Shown here piece by piece: positions 24,501 to 35,080 of a stretch of DNA of 64,000 nucleotides (position 1 is the first letter of the stretch; each line of letters opens with the position of its first letter). The position numbers and the translations under genes are program-made. This DNA comes from Saccostrea echinata (lineage: Eukaryota). Under the pieces are notes generated by a model. That model worked only from the letters and a program-made list of their open reading frames with translations. It did no database searches and was not told the origin of the DNA. The stretch is taken from assembly GCF_033153115.1 (NCBI RefSeq), contig NW_026889805.1:14942001-15006000 (forward strand), read 5' to 3'.

Positions 24501-27500
24501 GCGGCCTTACAGGACAAAATTTTTAATATAAAAATGGTGAAAAGTTGACTTGAAACTTCAGATAAAAAGAACTGAATGTACTCTCTGGGGACTGATTTAT
24601 ATTGGGGAAACAAAGTATTCACTCAATAAGAGAATGCCGGAGCAAAGGTTTGAAATAAATAATGGGGCCATCTCCATCTTTATAATAATTTCAATTCACT
24701 TGGCCACTCTCTTCTTTCAATGAGGATAAGAGTTATGATAAATCATCCAACTAATAGTCCAACTTTAAGTAGACGGTGAGAAGAATACTGGATCAAGAAA
24801 CTGGGAATGGCCTCTCCGTATGGATATAACGACCACATAAATAATGTAGGGAATCTTTCAAACCCACAATGTGCCAATGTGGATGTGATAGAACTTTTTA
24901 ACAGTACACCTAGATGTGGGTGTAGTAATGGACATCGATCATACAATAGACCAAATATTACATGATGTCACTTTTGCCTTGCGTCAATAAATAATTAGGT
25001 CTTCAACACATTCGCACTAAACTTTAATCGGTTCCCTTAAAATTTTGAATGGACTATTTGAAGAAGCTAAAGCAAGTCCATACTCAGATTATTCAACTGC
25101 AGAAAACAAGCTAGTGTTTGCGATTATGGACGTTGCTAAGCACATGCTCTTTAAGCTACCATGTGTGTCAGAAGATACCGTCGATTCCTTATCTTAAATT
25201 TGCCAACAAAGAAATAGATGCTACGAACATTAGTAACATTCTTAATCATAAAAAGGTTCAGTCTTGCATTCTAACATATTTCAAGTTGAAGTCATCACCC
25301 TGTATTCCCTACAGATCTTCCAAAACTGTTGCTTCCAAACCTTTATTATAAACGATCCTTAAAGTAAGTAAGATCAGAGTGCATTCGGAAAGATCACAAA
25401 TAATGGACATATGGAAATATAAAAGTTCTGTGTGTCTCTTCTGGTGCAAATGATATGGCCAACGTTAAGATTTTTAAAAGAAGGCCAAACTTCAAGGTCA
25501 ATGTAATAACACATAATAATATATTTGAAAGGTTTTATCACGGGTAATGCACATGAAAATATATAAAAGTCCTCTGTCTCTTCATGTGCTTAAGCCAGGC
25601 CCGTACAACGCAGGGAGCAGGGGAGCGCCCCCCCCCCCTTTTTCTGAGTATTGTATTTTGCTATATAGTAAATTTTCCTTTAGATTCTAGTTGAACCCCC
25701 CTTTTTTTAAGTCTTAAGGTCGGGCACTGGCAAATTCCAGGATATGGACTGTAATTTTTTTTTTGCTTGTCAGATTTGGGGGGGGGGGGGGGGAGAGTCG
25801 CCCCCCCCCCCCAACTTTTGAAACCGTTGCTACGGGCCTGAATATTGAGAAAAAACAATCAAGTCATTTATTATAATATAGTGATGAATGACTGTTGAAT
25901 CAGAGATTTTATGCATATATAATTAATTCTGGTTATAACGCGGTATTTGATTGAATAAAAAATTTACTTTATATCGTATAAATTGGGTTGCCTACGTCAC
26001 TGGGACTTGCGTCAAAAACGTATCGATCACTCTGCATGACGTTACATTTAAATTTTGTACATCTTGAAGTCATTTTTAAAGGCAATCATCTTCACACTTA
26101 ATGAATGAAAATTGAATTACATATAAGGAATGATACGGTTTAAAATGGGGTGGAACAGTTTAGGCTTCTTTATAAACCGGTTTATAAAGCTTAAACTGCC
26201 CACCCAGTTTATATTGTATAAATTGGGTAGCTATTATATTCATTCCTTAAATACATGGAGTATAAAATGAATTTGTTAAGGAACATCCATGCATATTTCG
26301 GTTAGAAAACTAAAGTAAATTTTCTGTAACTGCACTTATATATATTAAATAATGCCCAAAAAATTATAATACACATCTTTACAATCATCTCACAAAGCAA
26401 CTGAGCAAAATTTAGTAATTACTTTGTTTTTATGCTTTTAAATTACTGAGATGGATAGCATTTCAGAACTTTTTTAATCAGCAAGATATGTTACGCGATC
26501 TTTTGATTTAATATGAAAAATACAGCAACCATCTTGTCCCCCATGTCACCCCAAATAATATAGCCTGTGTCATCACCCCAGATAATATAGCCTGTGTCAT
26601 CACCCCAGATAATATAGCCTGTGTCATCACCCCAGATAATATAGCCTGTGTCATCACCCCAAATAATATAGCCTGTGTCATCACCCCAGATAATATAGCC
26701 TGTGTCATCACCCCAGATAATATAGCCTGTGTCATCACCCCAGATAATATAGCCTGTGTCATCACCCCAGATAATATAGCCTGTGTCATAAAATGTGAAG
26801 ATAACGAACAGTGATCGGTTTTTAAAGTCCATTTAAACAATACAAATTATCAAAGCCAAAACGGGTTTGATGATTGATCAAACCCGTTGATGGCACCTGA
26901 TCCAACAATGGGATCAGGTGCCATGGAAAAGTGAACATCCCATGTTGACCGTTCACACCAACCGTGTGCTCCTTGTCCTCATCGGGTCCACGGAAAGTTC
27001 GAAGACAATTAACTCAATCTGCAAATAATTACATAACAATTTGTATGAAAGACCTCTGTCAACATTTGACCGAACGGCAGTTTGTGTTTGCAAAGTTAAA
27101 AAGGTCATTGTATCGACCTTAGAATGTTTTAAATATTGGCTTCAAACCTTAATATCCTTGTATCATCAAGTTATTTGTCAATAGCCTGCCTCATTTTAAA
27201 AATTGTTCGTTCATAGAAAATGACCTTGCGTACTGAATCAACAGGCTTTTCTTTAACTGAACGATGTATACATTTAAAGCCCCTTCCCTACATTCTGAAA
27301 GAGATTAAATAAAACTTTATTCTATTTTCGAGTTTGTTTTGTTTGTTTAGTACTTAGGGTTGCATGCATGATTGATTGATTGTATGTTGTTTTATATCCC
27401 ATTCGTTTTTTTTTCTCATGTAGAGACGTCACCATATACCGGTGAAGGGCTTGAAATTCAGACCTTAATTCGGCACTCGAAGCCATTGAGCATTGAGGGA

Positions 27501-28863
27501 TCTCTATCGTGCCAACGCCTGCCGTGACATGGAACCTCGGTTTTTCAAGGTCTCATCCGAATGATCCGCAACTTTCACTCCAAAGTGCCTAGCGCTTGGC
27601 GAAGAAACAGTTACTACCTTTATATAGCAAGCGCTCTACCGACTGAGCTTTTGTGACGGCGGGTTGCATGGTTGAAACTACTAATTAAAATCAATAATAA
27701 AATACGTCATAAACCTCGGGGCACTAGTGCTTGTGTTTGATAATAGAATCAATGCAGTAACAGATGCAAAAAGTTTGAGAGCTACAAAGATGGCATCGCC
27801 AATATTCGGGTTTTCGTGTGTTTGTAAACCCTGAATCTTACGAAGTTTATGGGAATTGCAGAAACATTCCATCTTTTGTGTTAAATAGGTTTGAAGATTA
27901 AAAAAAAAAGGGAACCGCACTCAAGATCAAATCACAAATATTTTTAATTAAAAAAAATAAAAAGATGTAAATGTATATAACTATACTAATTCATAAACAG
28001 TGCAAAGAAATACCTCACACGCTACTAAAATTATTCCATAATTAACACTCTCTAGCACCATCTAAATCAGATTATAACTGTTCTTTTTTGCACGCAATGT
28101 AGCGTCAATTCAGTGAACGACTGTTGGTATTGCATCGATGATCGTTCGTTTTGCAATCGAGTCTGTTGATTTTATTTTGTTTTAAAAATACTTAACAAAT
28201 AGTGTGTTTCATTTATATAATTTTGCTTTATTTAGATGATTAAGAGAATTCTGCCTTACGCTTCTTGACATATTTTATCTAATATTCATATCATGCATCA
28301 ATAAACAGTTTATCATTTTAAGCTCTGGTGCATCTTATTTGGAACCAAAACATTTTCTCCCCAGTTTCTCTTTACGTTTTCTATCTTACGTTAAAGAAAT
28401 GAGAAATAAACAACTGTACTTGTTTTCCTTTTGGGAAAAAAAAGTAAGTGTTTCAGGTAAATCAATTAAAAGGAAAAAGATAATCAGTACTTGTTTTCCT
28501 TTTGGGAAAAAAAGTAAGTGTTTCAGGTAAATCAATTAAAAGGAAAAAGATAATCAGTTCATGATTTACTCGAATCTGTTTTCAATAGGTTGCAGGTGCC
28601 CGTGTTCATTGATTGGTCAGCAGGGGTTCAACTCTTCAAGTGAACTAGAACAAAGACTTAAACAGTTGAAAAGGGAACTAGAGATCGCTAAAAACTCCAC
28701 AAGTTCCTTTTATCGAAAGAGGAACTGTGCTTTGGACAATCGACTTTCGTCCGCCAGCCTTGGATATTTGTGTGGCTATGGTGTAATTATTTCCATTGCT
28801 GTATATTTGGTGATTCCAGATTTATCGATATTGTACAGACATTTTCGATTTGGAGCAGACTGA
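21529..28863 (+). CDS. Type I membrane protein: signal peptide + farnesoic acid O-methyltransferase-like (Methyltransf_FA) domain + 2 sushi/CCP domains + coiled stalk + TM (372 aa)
   Basis: Exons 21529-21583, 21735-22172, 22375-22548, 23075-23251, 28589-28863; all GT-AG, all phase 1; 1119 nt open. FAMeT-domain motifs FQVKAKNDAHIAL, YEIVIGGWGNKKSCIR, FWVSW. Sushi motifs YECDSGYFLHSGNLQRTC..WSGEPPYC and AVCSDNF..GHLTREC..GSWDGEEPVC. Hydrophobic C-terminal segment. Confidence 0.88.
23356..23704 (+). mobile_element. tRNA-derived SINE (Meta+Deu domain type, BivaMD-SINE-like)
   Basis: Pol III A box GTAGCTCAGTTGG and B box GAGTTCGAATC. Deu-like core CGGATGTGACCTTAAAAACCGAGGCCCCG. (CAAT)n tail. 15-bp TSD TCATTT(T/A)CAACTTCA (23343-57 / 23703-17). 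Confidence 0.85.
23951..24300 (+). mobile_element. Second full-length copy of the same SINE
   Basis: Highly similar to 23356-23704. Perfect 16-bp flanking duplication TCAACCTGAGGTAGCA (23937-52 / 24299-314). Confidence 0.88.
24700..25352 (+). mobile_element. Penelope-like element fragment: end of GIY-YIG endonuclease followed by linker
   Basis: From ~24780 it translates EEYWIKKLGMASPYGYND, the C-terminal GIY-YIG motif (RE.YWI..L.T..P.G.N). Decayed coding sequence continues (FANKEIDATNISNILNHKKVQSCI..YFKLKSSPCI). Confidence 0.65.
25596..25840. mobile_element. hAT-like MITE with poly-G/poly-C subterminal tracts
   Basis: TIR CAGGCCCGTA(G)CAACG / CGTTGCTACGGGCCTG. TSD not recognisable. Confidence 0.55.
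26546..26788. repeat. 27-bp minisatellite, ~9 near-perfect copies (TCACCCCAGATAATATAGCCTGTGTCA)
   Basis: Directly visible. Gives the GDDTGYIIW / MTQAILSGV repeat ORFs. Confidence 0.95.
26789..27245 (-). mobile_element. 3' fragment of Penelope-like element
   Basis: Reverse complement carries the GTGTGAACGGTCAACATGGGATG..GGCACCTGATCCCA tail and the GATCACTGTTCGTTATCTTCACATTTT end. Upstream is RT C-terminal sequence (GATTCAGTACGCAAGG). Confidence 0.7.
27370..27660 (-). mobile_element. Third copy of the Meta/Deu SINE, internally deleted, antisense
   Basis: (ATTG)n tail, GAGACGTCACCATATACCGGTGAAGGGC, and GCGCTCTACCGACTGAGCT (reverse A box). Confidence 0.85.
28416..28556. repeat. Tandem duplication of a 70-71-bp unit
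   Basis: GTACTTGTTTTCCTTTTGGGAAAA..GATAATCA occurs twice, differing only in A-run length. Confidence 0.9.
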
Positions 28864-29949
28864 AATATTTCAACAACCATTTGTGCAAGATTATTTAATA
28901 CACTTTTGTCGAAATATTCTCTTAGGTACTTAATTCTTCATGGTATCTTGTTGCATTTCTTCTACCCCGCCTACCCCTTTCCTAGCCTTTCCTGGCATAC
29001 TCTAATACATATAAAGGCGTTCACATCTTATGAACCATTGTGGCTGCTAATCAATCGAAGAAAAAGTGTTGATATTCCATAAAGAACGGTGAAACACCAA
29101 TCAAACCACAGTAAGTTATAACGTTTTCAAGATTGACGAACATTTAGATATTTAAGAACAATTAATCTGTTATGTAAGACATATGTATTTGTTTGTATTA
29201 TTTTCTTCAACTTTAATTCAGAAAACATCGTCTTTATATCTATTCACAAATTAAAAAAAATAACACAAATTTTTATATGTATGGGTGTGGGTGTGCGTTC
29301 ATTATACTGAACGAAAGACATTCTATGTTCTGCAATGATTTCTTAAGTCTTCTCTTAGGTCCATTATTTGTACACGTTTACATCTGTTTTTCTATGATTC
29401 AATAACACTTTTCCTGTAGTAAAAAAAACAGCCGGTTATATGTTTTGTTTTATATCCATGTTATACGTACATGTATCTTTAAAGCATCTAAATGTCTTTT
29501 ACTCCTTGAGTCAAAGCAATAATACACCTTTGAATAATTTGCAACTACATACTTAAGTTTTAAATTCAGTATAAACTCAGTCCAAAAAGTTGTTGTCCTA
29601 TCAGTTTTCGAAATGTAAATCATAAATAAACTTTCAGAAACCATAATTTTTATGTATTCAGCTAAAAATATTATTTTGAACCCAGAATCGCTAATATGAT
29701 GAGTTTTTATTGCTTGCCAAATCCCAACATCATGAGACACCGATAGATCATGGATAACAAAATACTAAACAGAGAAGGGTTTCAGAGTAGCTACTCAGAC
29801 ATAATTTTATGACAGACAGATGAACAGTCGGACAGCTAGACAATATAAAAAATGAAACGTCTTTTCCCTTAGGGGAAACCTAATACAAATGTCCAAAATA
29901 TTTTCATCTTTGGTGAATGTCTCGTAGTGAAGAGCTACCTTTAACCAAG

Positions 29950-30198
29950 GCTGTTCATACCAATTGTTAGGCCTTTGTTTTTATACTGAATTTGAGTACG
30001 GAATGTTTCGCTCACCTGATCAATACATAGGGCTTACGGCGGGTGTGACCGGTCAACAGGGGATACTTACTCCTCCTAGACATCTGATCCCACCTCAAGA
30101 ATTTCCAGGGGACCCTGTTTTTTGCCTTGTTCACAGATTTGTATTGTTTAAAGAGTTTTTTGAGATCGATCACTGTTTGTTATCTTCACCTTTTTCAT
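29950..30198 (+). mobile_element. 3' tail fragment of Penelope-like element
   Basis: ACGGCGGGTGTGACCGGTCAACAGGGGATACTTACTCCTCCTAGACATCTGATCCCACCTC ... GATCACTGTTTGTTATCTTCACCTTTTTCAT. Confidence 0.75.
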
Positions 30199-30926
30199 TA
30201 TGCAAAGTAAAAATTGGTCTAGGTCATGTTGATCTAGAAAAGAACTAAAAAACATGTCACTTTTACTAATACAACGTGCGGACGCATAGGAAAGCCTCTG
30301 TTGAATTTAGCTTTTGTATATGACCCAAGAGGCAACAAAAACGACATCTCATCTCAGTGTCATTTAAGCAGATATCAAACGAAATATAAACACAAAATTT
30401 CGGCAGATTTATAATCAAAATCAAGATATGCAAAATTCAAAAACGATGACTTTTTGAAAAAGATAAGATTCCATTGAGACTCCGATGAATAAAGGAATTG
30501 CACACACTCAAAAAAATGTGTATGAACAATGATAAAATTTTGAGTGAAATAAAATAGGCTGCTCGTGTGGAAATAAAATAGATTCGTTCTTTCCCAAAAA
30601 AGTATGAAATTCAGATGTTGCTGGTTTCAATGCAACTCGAAATGGATATTATGTAGTATTTCAGAGACCATTAAAAATTAAAATAAAAACCTTTCTTAAT
30701 GCATTTCATACTTTGAGGTGTTTATATTGAACTTGCCATTATTAAATCTGAATCAGATTCAATGAAAAAGAATTTCAAGGTTTATAATTAAAAAATAAGA
30801 AACAAGGATTCACAATGGAGACCCGTCAGGTTCTAAAGGCGTGGTAAGTCCATAAAAACCTGAAAACAACAGACTATAGTTTTGTCCTTTTACAGATATA
30901 ATAGGTTACTCCACCCAAACAGATCA

Positions 30927-31374
30927 TAGGGGTGTAAAAATACCTCGATAAATTGATGTATTGTATTGTGATGCAGAGGGCGTCGATATGGACATCGCAG
31001 CATAATGTGATTTTTAAAAAATACATTCTGGAAATATATAATGGACATGTTTTTTTTCCTTAAAAGTGGAGTATATGAGTAATCAAAATGGCAGGATATA
31101 ATAATAATAATTTTAAAAAGTCAGATTTCTTTTTCCAGCAATTGAAAAGAAAATTTAAATCTTTAATTTTATTTAATCTTGTTTTTTTTTAAAATGCAAA
31201 AGATTATTTGAATAAATTTCTTTGAGAAAGACAATTTTTATTCCTTAAAATCAATAAATAATTATGGAGAAACCAGCAAATGTATAATCTTGATATATCA
31301 TGATTTATTACGATATTTGTTTGAAATATGGTGATGCATCGTGATACTTTTTTCCCTCACGACATACAGTCCTA
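30927..31374. mobile_element. hAT-like MITE
   Basis: TAGGGGTGTA / TACAGTCCTA termini, CGATA subterminal motifs, degenerate 8-bp TSD ACAGATCA / CCAGATAA. Confidence 0.55.
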
Positions 31375-31453
31375 CCAGATAATGGCAATTTGACAGATTT
31401 AAAAATTATTAACAAAATATCCTGTTTTTTTTTTAATTTTTAAAATCGTCAGT

Positions 31454-34225
31454 TTAAGTGCTTTTTTTCTCTGGTAGGGGGTCCATGGATTTAAGAGATG
31501 ACATTCTTTTTTCTTTAAGCAGCTTCCTTTCAGCAGCCACTCGGTTCTTTTTCTTTGCTTCCATAAATACAAGTACAGCCAGAATGATCAAAACAAACTG
31601 AAATATTGGAAATTATGTGTCAGAATAATGCACACAAAGTGTAAAGACAATTGCACACAAGTTAATAAAGAAAAGCCTAGAGATTCCTTACCTGAATAGC
31701 AAATCCAATACAGTATGCAATTGCAATAAAATCTTCACTTCCAAAAGATGTATCCCAAACAATGTCAAAGCAGCCCTGTTTGTGAAAATGTACAGCATTA
31801 CGTGGTTTTAAAAACGTTGACAACATGGTCATTTCAAAAAATTAAAACAATATGAGGAAAATACCGTTATTGCCGTGTTTCCGGTGGAAGTTTGTGTTGC
31901 ACATGTCAGATTGTCAGATTTAGGTAAAGGATCACAGCACACAATTGGTGTCTTTAACGTGTATGCTGAAGTTGATGTGCTAACTATGCGTGTCCAGTTT
32001 GAACGTTCGAAGTCTTTGTAATTAATCAATCCACAACATTTATACTGCAATTTGAAATGTTTTGCAAAATATTAATTTTTAAATATGTATTAGGCACTTA
32101 TTTGGTAATATAAAATCTGAAGCCTTTCATGGCATGTGAAACATGGAATAGAAAAAGAAATCCAATTTCATTCTTTGGACAATTTAATAATGGATAGTTT
32201 ACCTTGACCATAACAAAATTCCAACCCAAAGTCTGAACGTTTTTCCCTGCCAGTCCCGTGTAATCCTTCAATGTCATCAGGACTATCCCTTTGATTGAAT
32301 CAGTCACCTGTAAAAATGACTTCAGGTGTATTTGTTTTGATAAAATAATCACACTATTCAACAGATCTGGTAACAGAGCATTTGTATCTTTGAACTTAAG
32401 ACGACAAAAATTGTTCACATCTTCTTGTTCTTTTAAGTTATGTTACTTTGGCATCTAAAATAGCACAGTATATGTATTTAGATTTATTGAATAAAATGTT
32501 TAATTGACCACATTGTCTAATGGGAATTTTAAAAAATACACTCTAGTAAAACTTTTTGCATGCTTAAATTTAATGTCAATTTATCGTCTTCTGGCTCATA
32601 GTTAGGATATACTAGTATACTATAAATCTACATGTAAAGATTCATAGTATGATAATATATTGTGTGTAAGTGTCTTACAAATTGTATCTGATTTGAACGT
32701 CTGCATTGTATTTGCCATATAAATGAAATATGATACATGTATATATGTGCGAACCCATCTGGACATTCCTAGCAAGAACAAAAGCAGTGAAACATTTTAT
32801 CGAAAGTCCCATTCATGACGAGTTGTGCACGTGCTGCTTTCAGGGACATATTAATATAGAGCCATTGGCTGTAATCGAAGGCAACATCTCACCAAGAAGT
32901 AAAAAATCGGTTGTTTTACCACTCGATAAAATCAATGGAAATATTGGACTTTTATTTTTAGTACAGGTTGATCAAGGAAACTATTTTTGATTAAGATTTA
33001 ACAGATTGTTACATAAACAATTATTACACAAAGAAGAATACATTTTTCACTTGAATTAATTTGATGTTTATAAAAATATTTTCAACTATTTATTTGGCAT
33101 AAGACATACCAATTTTTCATCAGTGTAGACGATTATGACCAATATAAGCTCCACGGCAAGCAAGAAACTGGTCAGGAAAATGTACTGAAATGCAAACAAT
33201 GTTATTCTTCATAAAATAATAATCACATATTTGAATTTATACAAATGTTTGGATATCTTCTTCTTCTGTCAAGTTATTTTGCATATTTTTAGATACATCA
33301 GTTGGAATAGGCATAGATATAAAATATATTCTTAGATTAATTTCTTAACTCGTATTTAGTGAGATATACTGTAATTAGTGAGACATACTGTAATTAGTGA
33401 GCACTTTGCTTTACAACATCCTCCACAGCATCCAAACATAGCCACGATCATAATCACTCCGCAGGAAACGGCCAGCATCAGGCCAATGTCGTAAAAAGCG
33501 CTGGAAAGCGACAGACCAGAGTACTGGTTCTCCGACCCCAGACCTGTGGCCACCAGGGTATCCTTGAGCAGTTTCATCACAGAGTTACTGTTAATCAGAT
33601 GGTCAATCACACCTACATCTGGCAGAATAATCATGACCACGCCTACTCCTATAAATACTAAACATGTTGTCTGAAACGAAAATGAGATAAAAATGGGCAA
33701 AATTTTCTTTTATTAATGACTTAATTTTGCAATAAAAGATGTCAAATTGCCAACAAATTTAATTTTTCTTGCATCACTTGTGTCTCAAATAAAGGTCCAC
33801 ATCCTAAAAATGAATTATAGGAGAGAGCTTATATAGACGATGTCTGTTCTCCAAATCTTTTAGGTTTATAACATAATTACATAATAATATATCTAATAAT
33901 ATTTATTTCAATGGATTAAATTAAATCAAATTTCCAACAGGAAATGATATTGGGCAGCAGGTAAAAGTGTACCGGGTCCTGTAATTTATTTTTAGGTTGT
34001 GGACCTTAGAAGTAGAGTAGAGCAAGTCCTACTTGACTTATCTTACCCATTTCAAAATTTCTTAATGTATCTTTGAAATTCACAGCCTTTTAGTATATCA
34101 AATTATAGAGCATGATATTTTCGCTCATCTGATTATTTTGGCCCGTATTTTCATACAATACTTACGACAACTGTGCCGTTTATAAGAGTCAGGAAAAGGC
34201 GGGTAAAACAAGATAAATATCCCAT
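31454..34225 (-). CDS. Tetraspanin (paralog A), 309 aa
   Basis: Exons 34166-34225, 33389-33670, 33110-33184, 32203-32307, 31865-32044, 31692-31775, 31454-31597; all phase 0, GT-AG; 930 nt open. Four TM segments, FGCCGGC in the TM2 loop, EC2 with YKCCG, PIVCC and GCF. Confidence 0.92.
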
Positions 34226-35080
34226 CTTCAATGTCCTGAAAACATCAACATTATAGCTTAATCTGCATTCATAGGAATATATCACTTTTCCTTGCTAGGA
34301 GATTTTAAAGGTGTGTTATGTTTAAACCATGAAACTATATCCTCTTAACCAACTCTTTAGTTTTACATCAATTAAAATACTACAGTATTCTGTTATTTAA
34401 TAAAAGAGTTCGTAATAAGAATATCATTTGTAATGAAAGATAAACTGAGACTTGTAATCATTTTTCCCCTTTTCCATTACGAAAAGTTTCATATACAAGT
34501 TACATGTATCACAGAATGAATTTCTCTTTTGAAAATAATGTACATTTTAAAAATAATTTAATGTACTTTAGCGTTTACTTCATTAAAAGAAACTAAAAAT
34601 ATATGTAAATAATGAAACACAAACCTGAGTTAAGTGTTCAGTCTGTGTAATTTGTGCTCTAGACAACTGGGAAGAGAGCCAAGTTCAGAAAGGTTACTCT
34701 TAAAGACAAAACGAAGAATTCTTTTGATTTTGATTGTATATTATTTTTTAGGAATAATTTTTATTTTTTGCAACCCTGAAAATTGTTATTTAGTAAATGA
34801 TTATAAATTTCGATGTATAATTAATAATTTAAGCAGAATATTCCTAATAAATCAATTCATCTGATCATGACATGCAAATGTATCGTTTAAATTATTATGA
34901 TATCGAGTATCCCTTTTTTAATACTCAAACAATTACAAGAGCCAGCATAAACACAAAGAAATTCTACCTTATTCAAAATGAATTTAAAAGGATTGACAAT
35001 GACATCTCTGATTTCCATGTTTATCCACATATAACTGGTCAGATGATACGGACGTTAATCAGAAGACGTCAATAGAGAAC

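Noticed and set aside
25920-26255. Crypton-like element (ends TTCATTCCTTAAATA; related reverse start at ~63730)
   Set aside because: A related repeat is evident, but boundaries and class could not be established from the sequence.
26491-26840. Repeat-protein ORFs (GDDTGYIIW / MTQAILSGV)
   Set aside because: Open only because the unit is 27 bp; intronic, antisense, and no gene context.
28416-28556. Functional significance of the 70-bp duplication (also the ~47-bp duplication at ~17183-17276)
   Set aside because: Simple local duplications or assembly artefacts; the downstream acceptor is unaffected.
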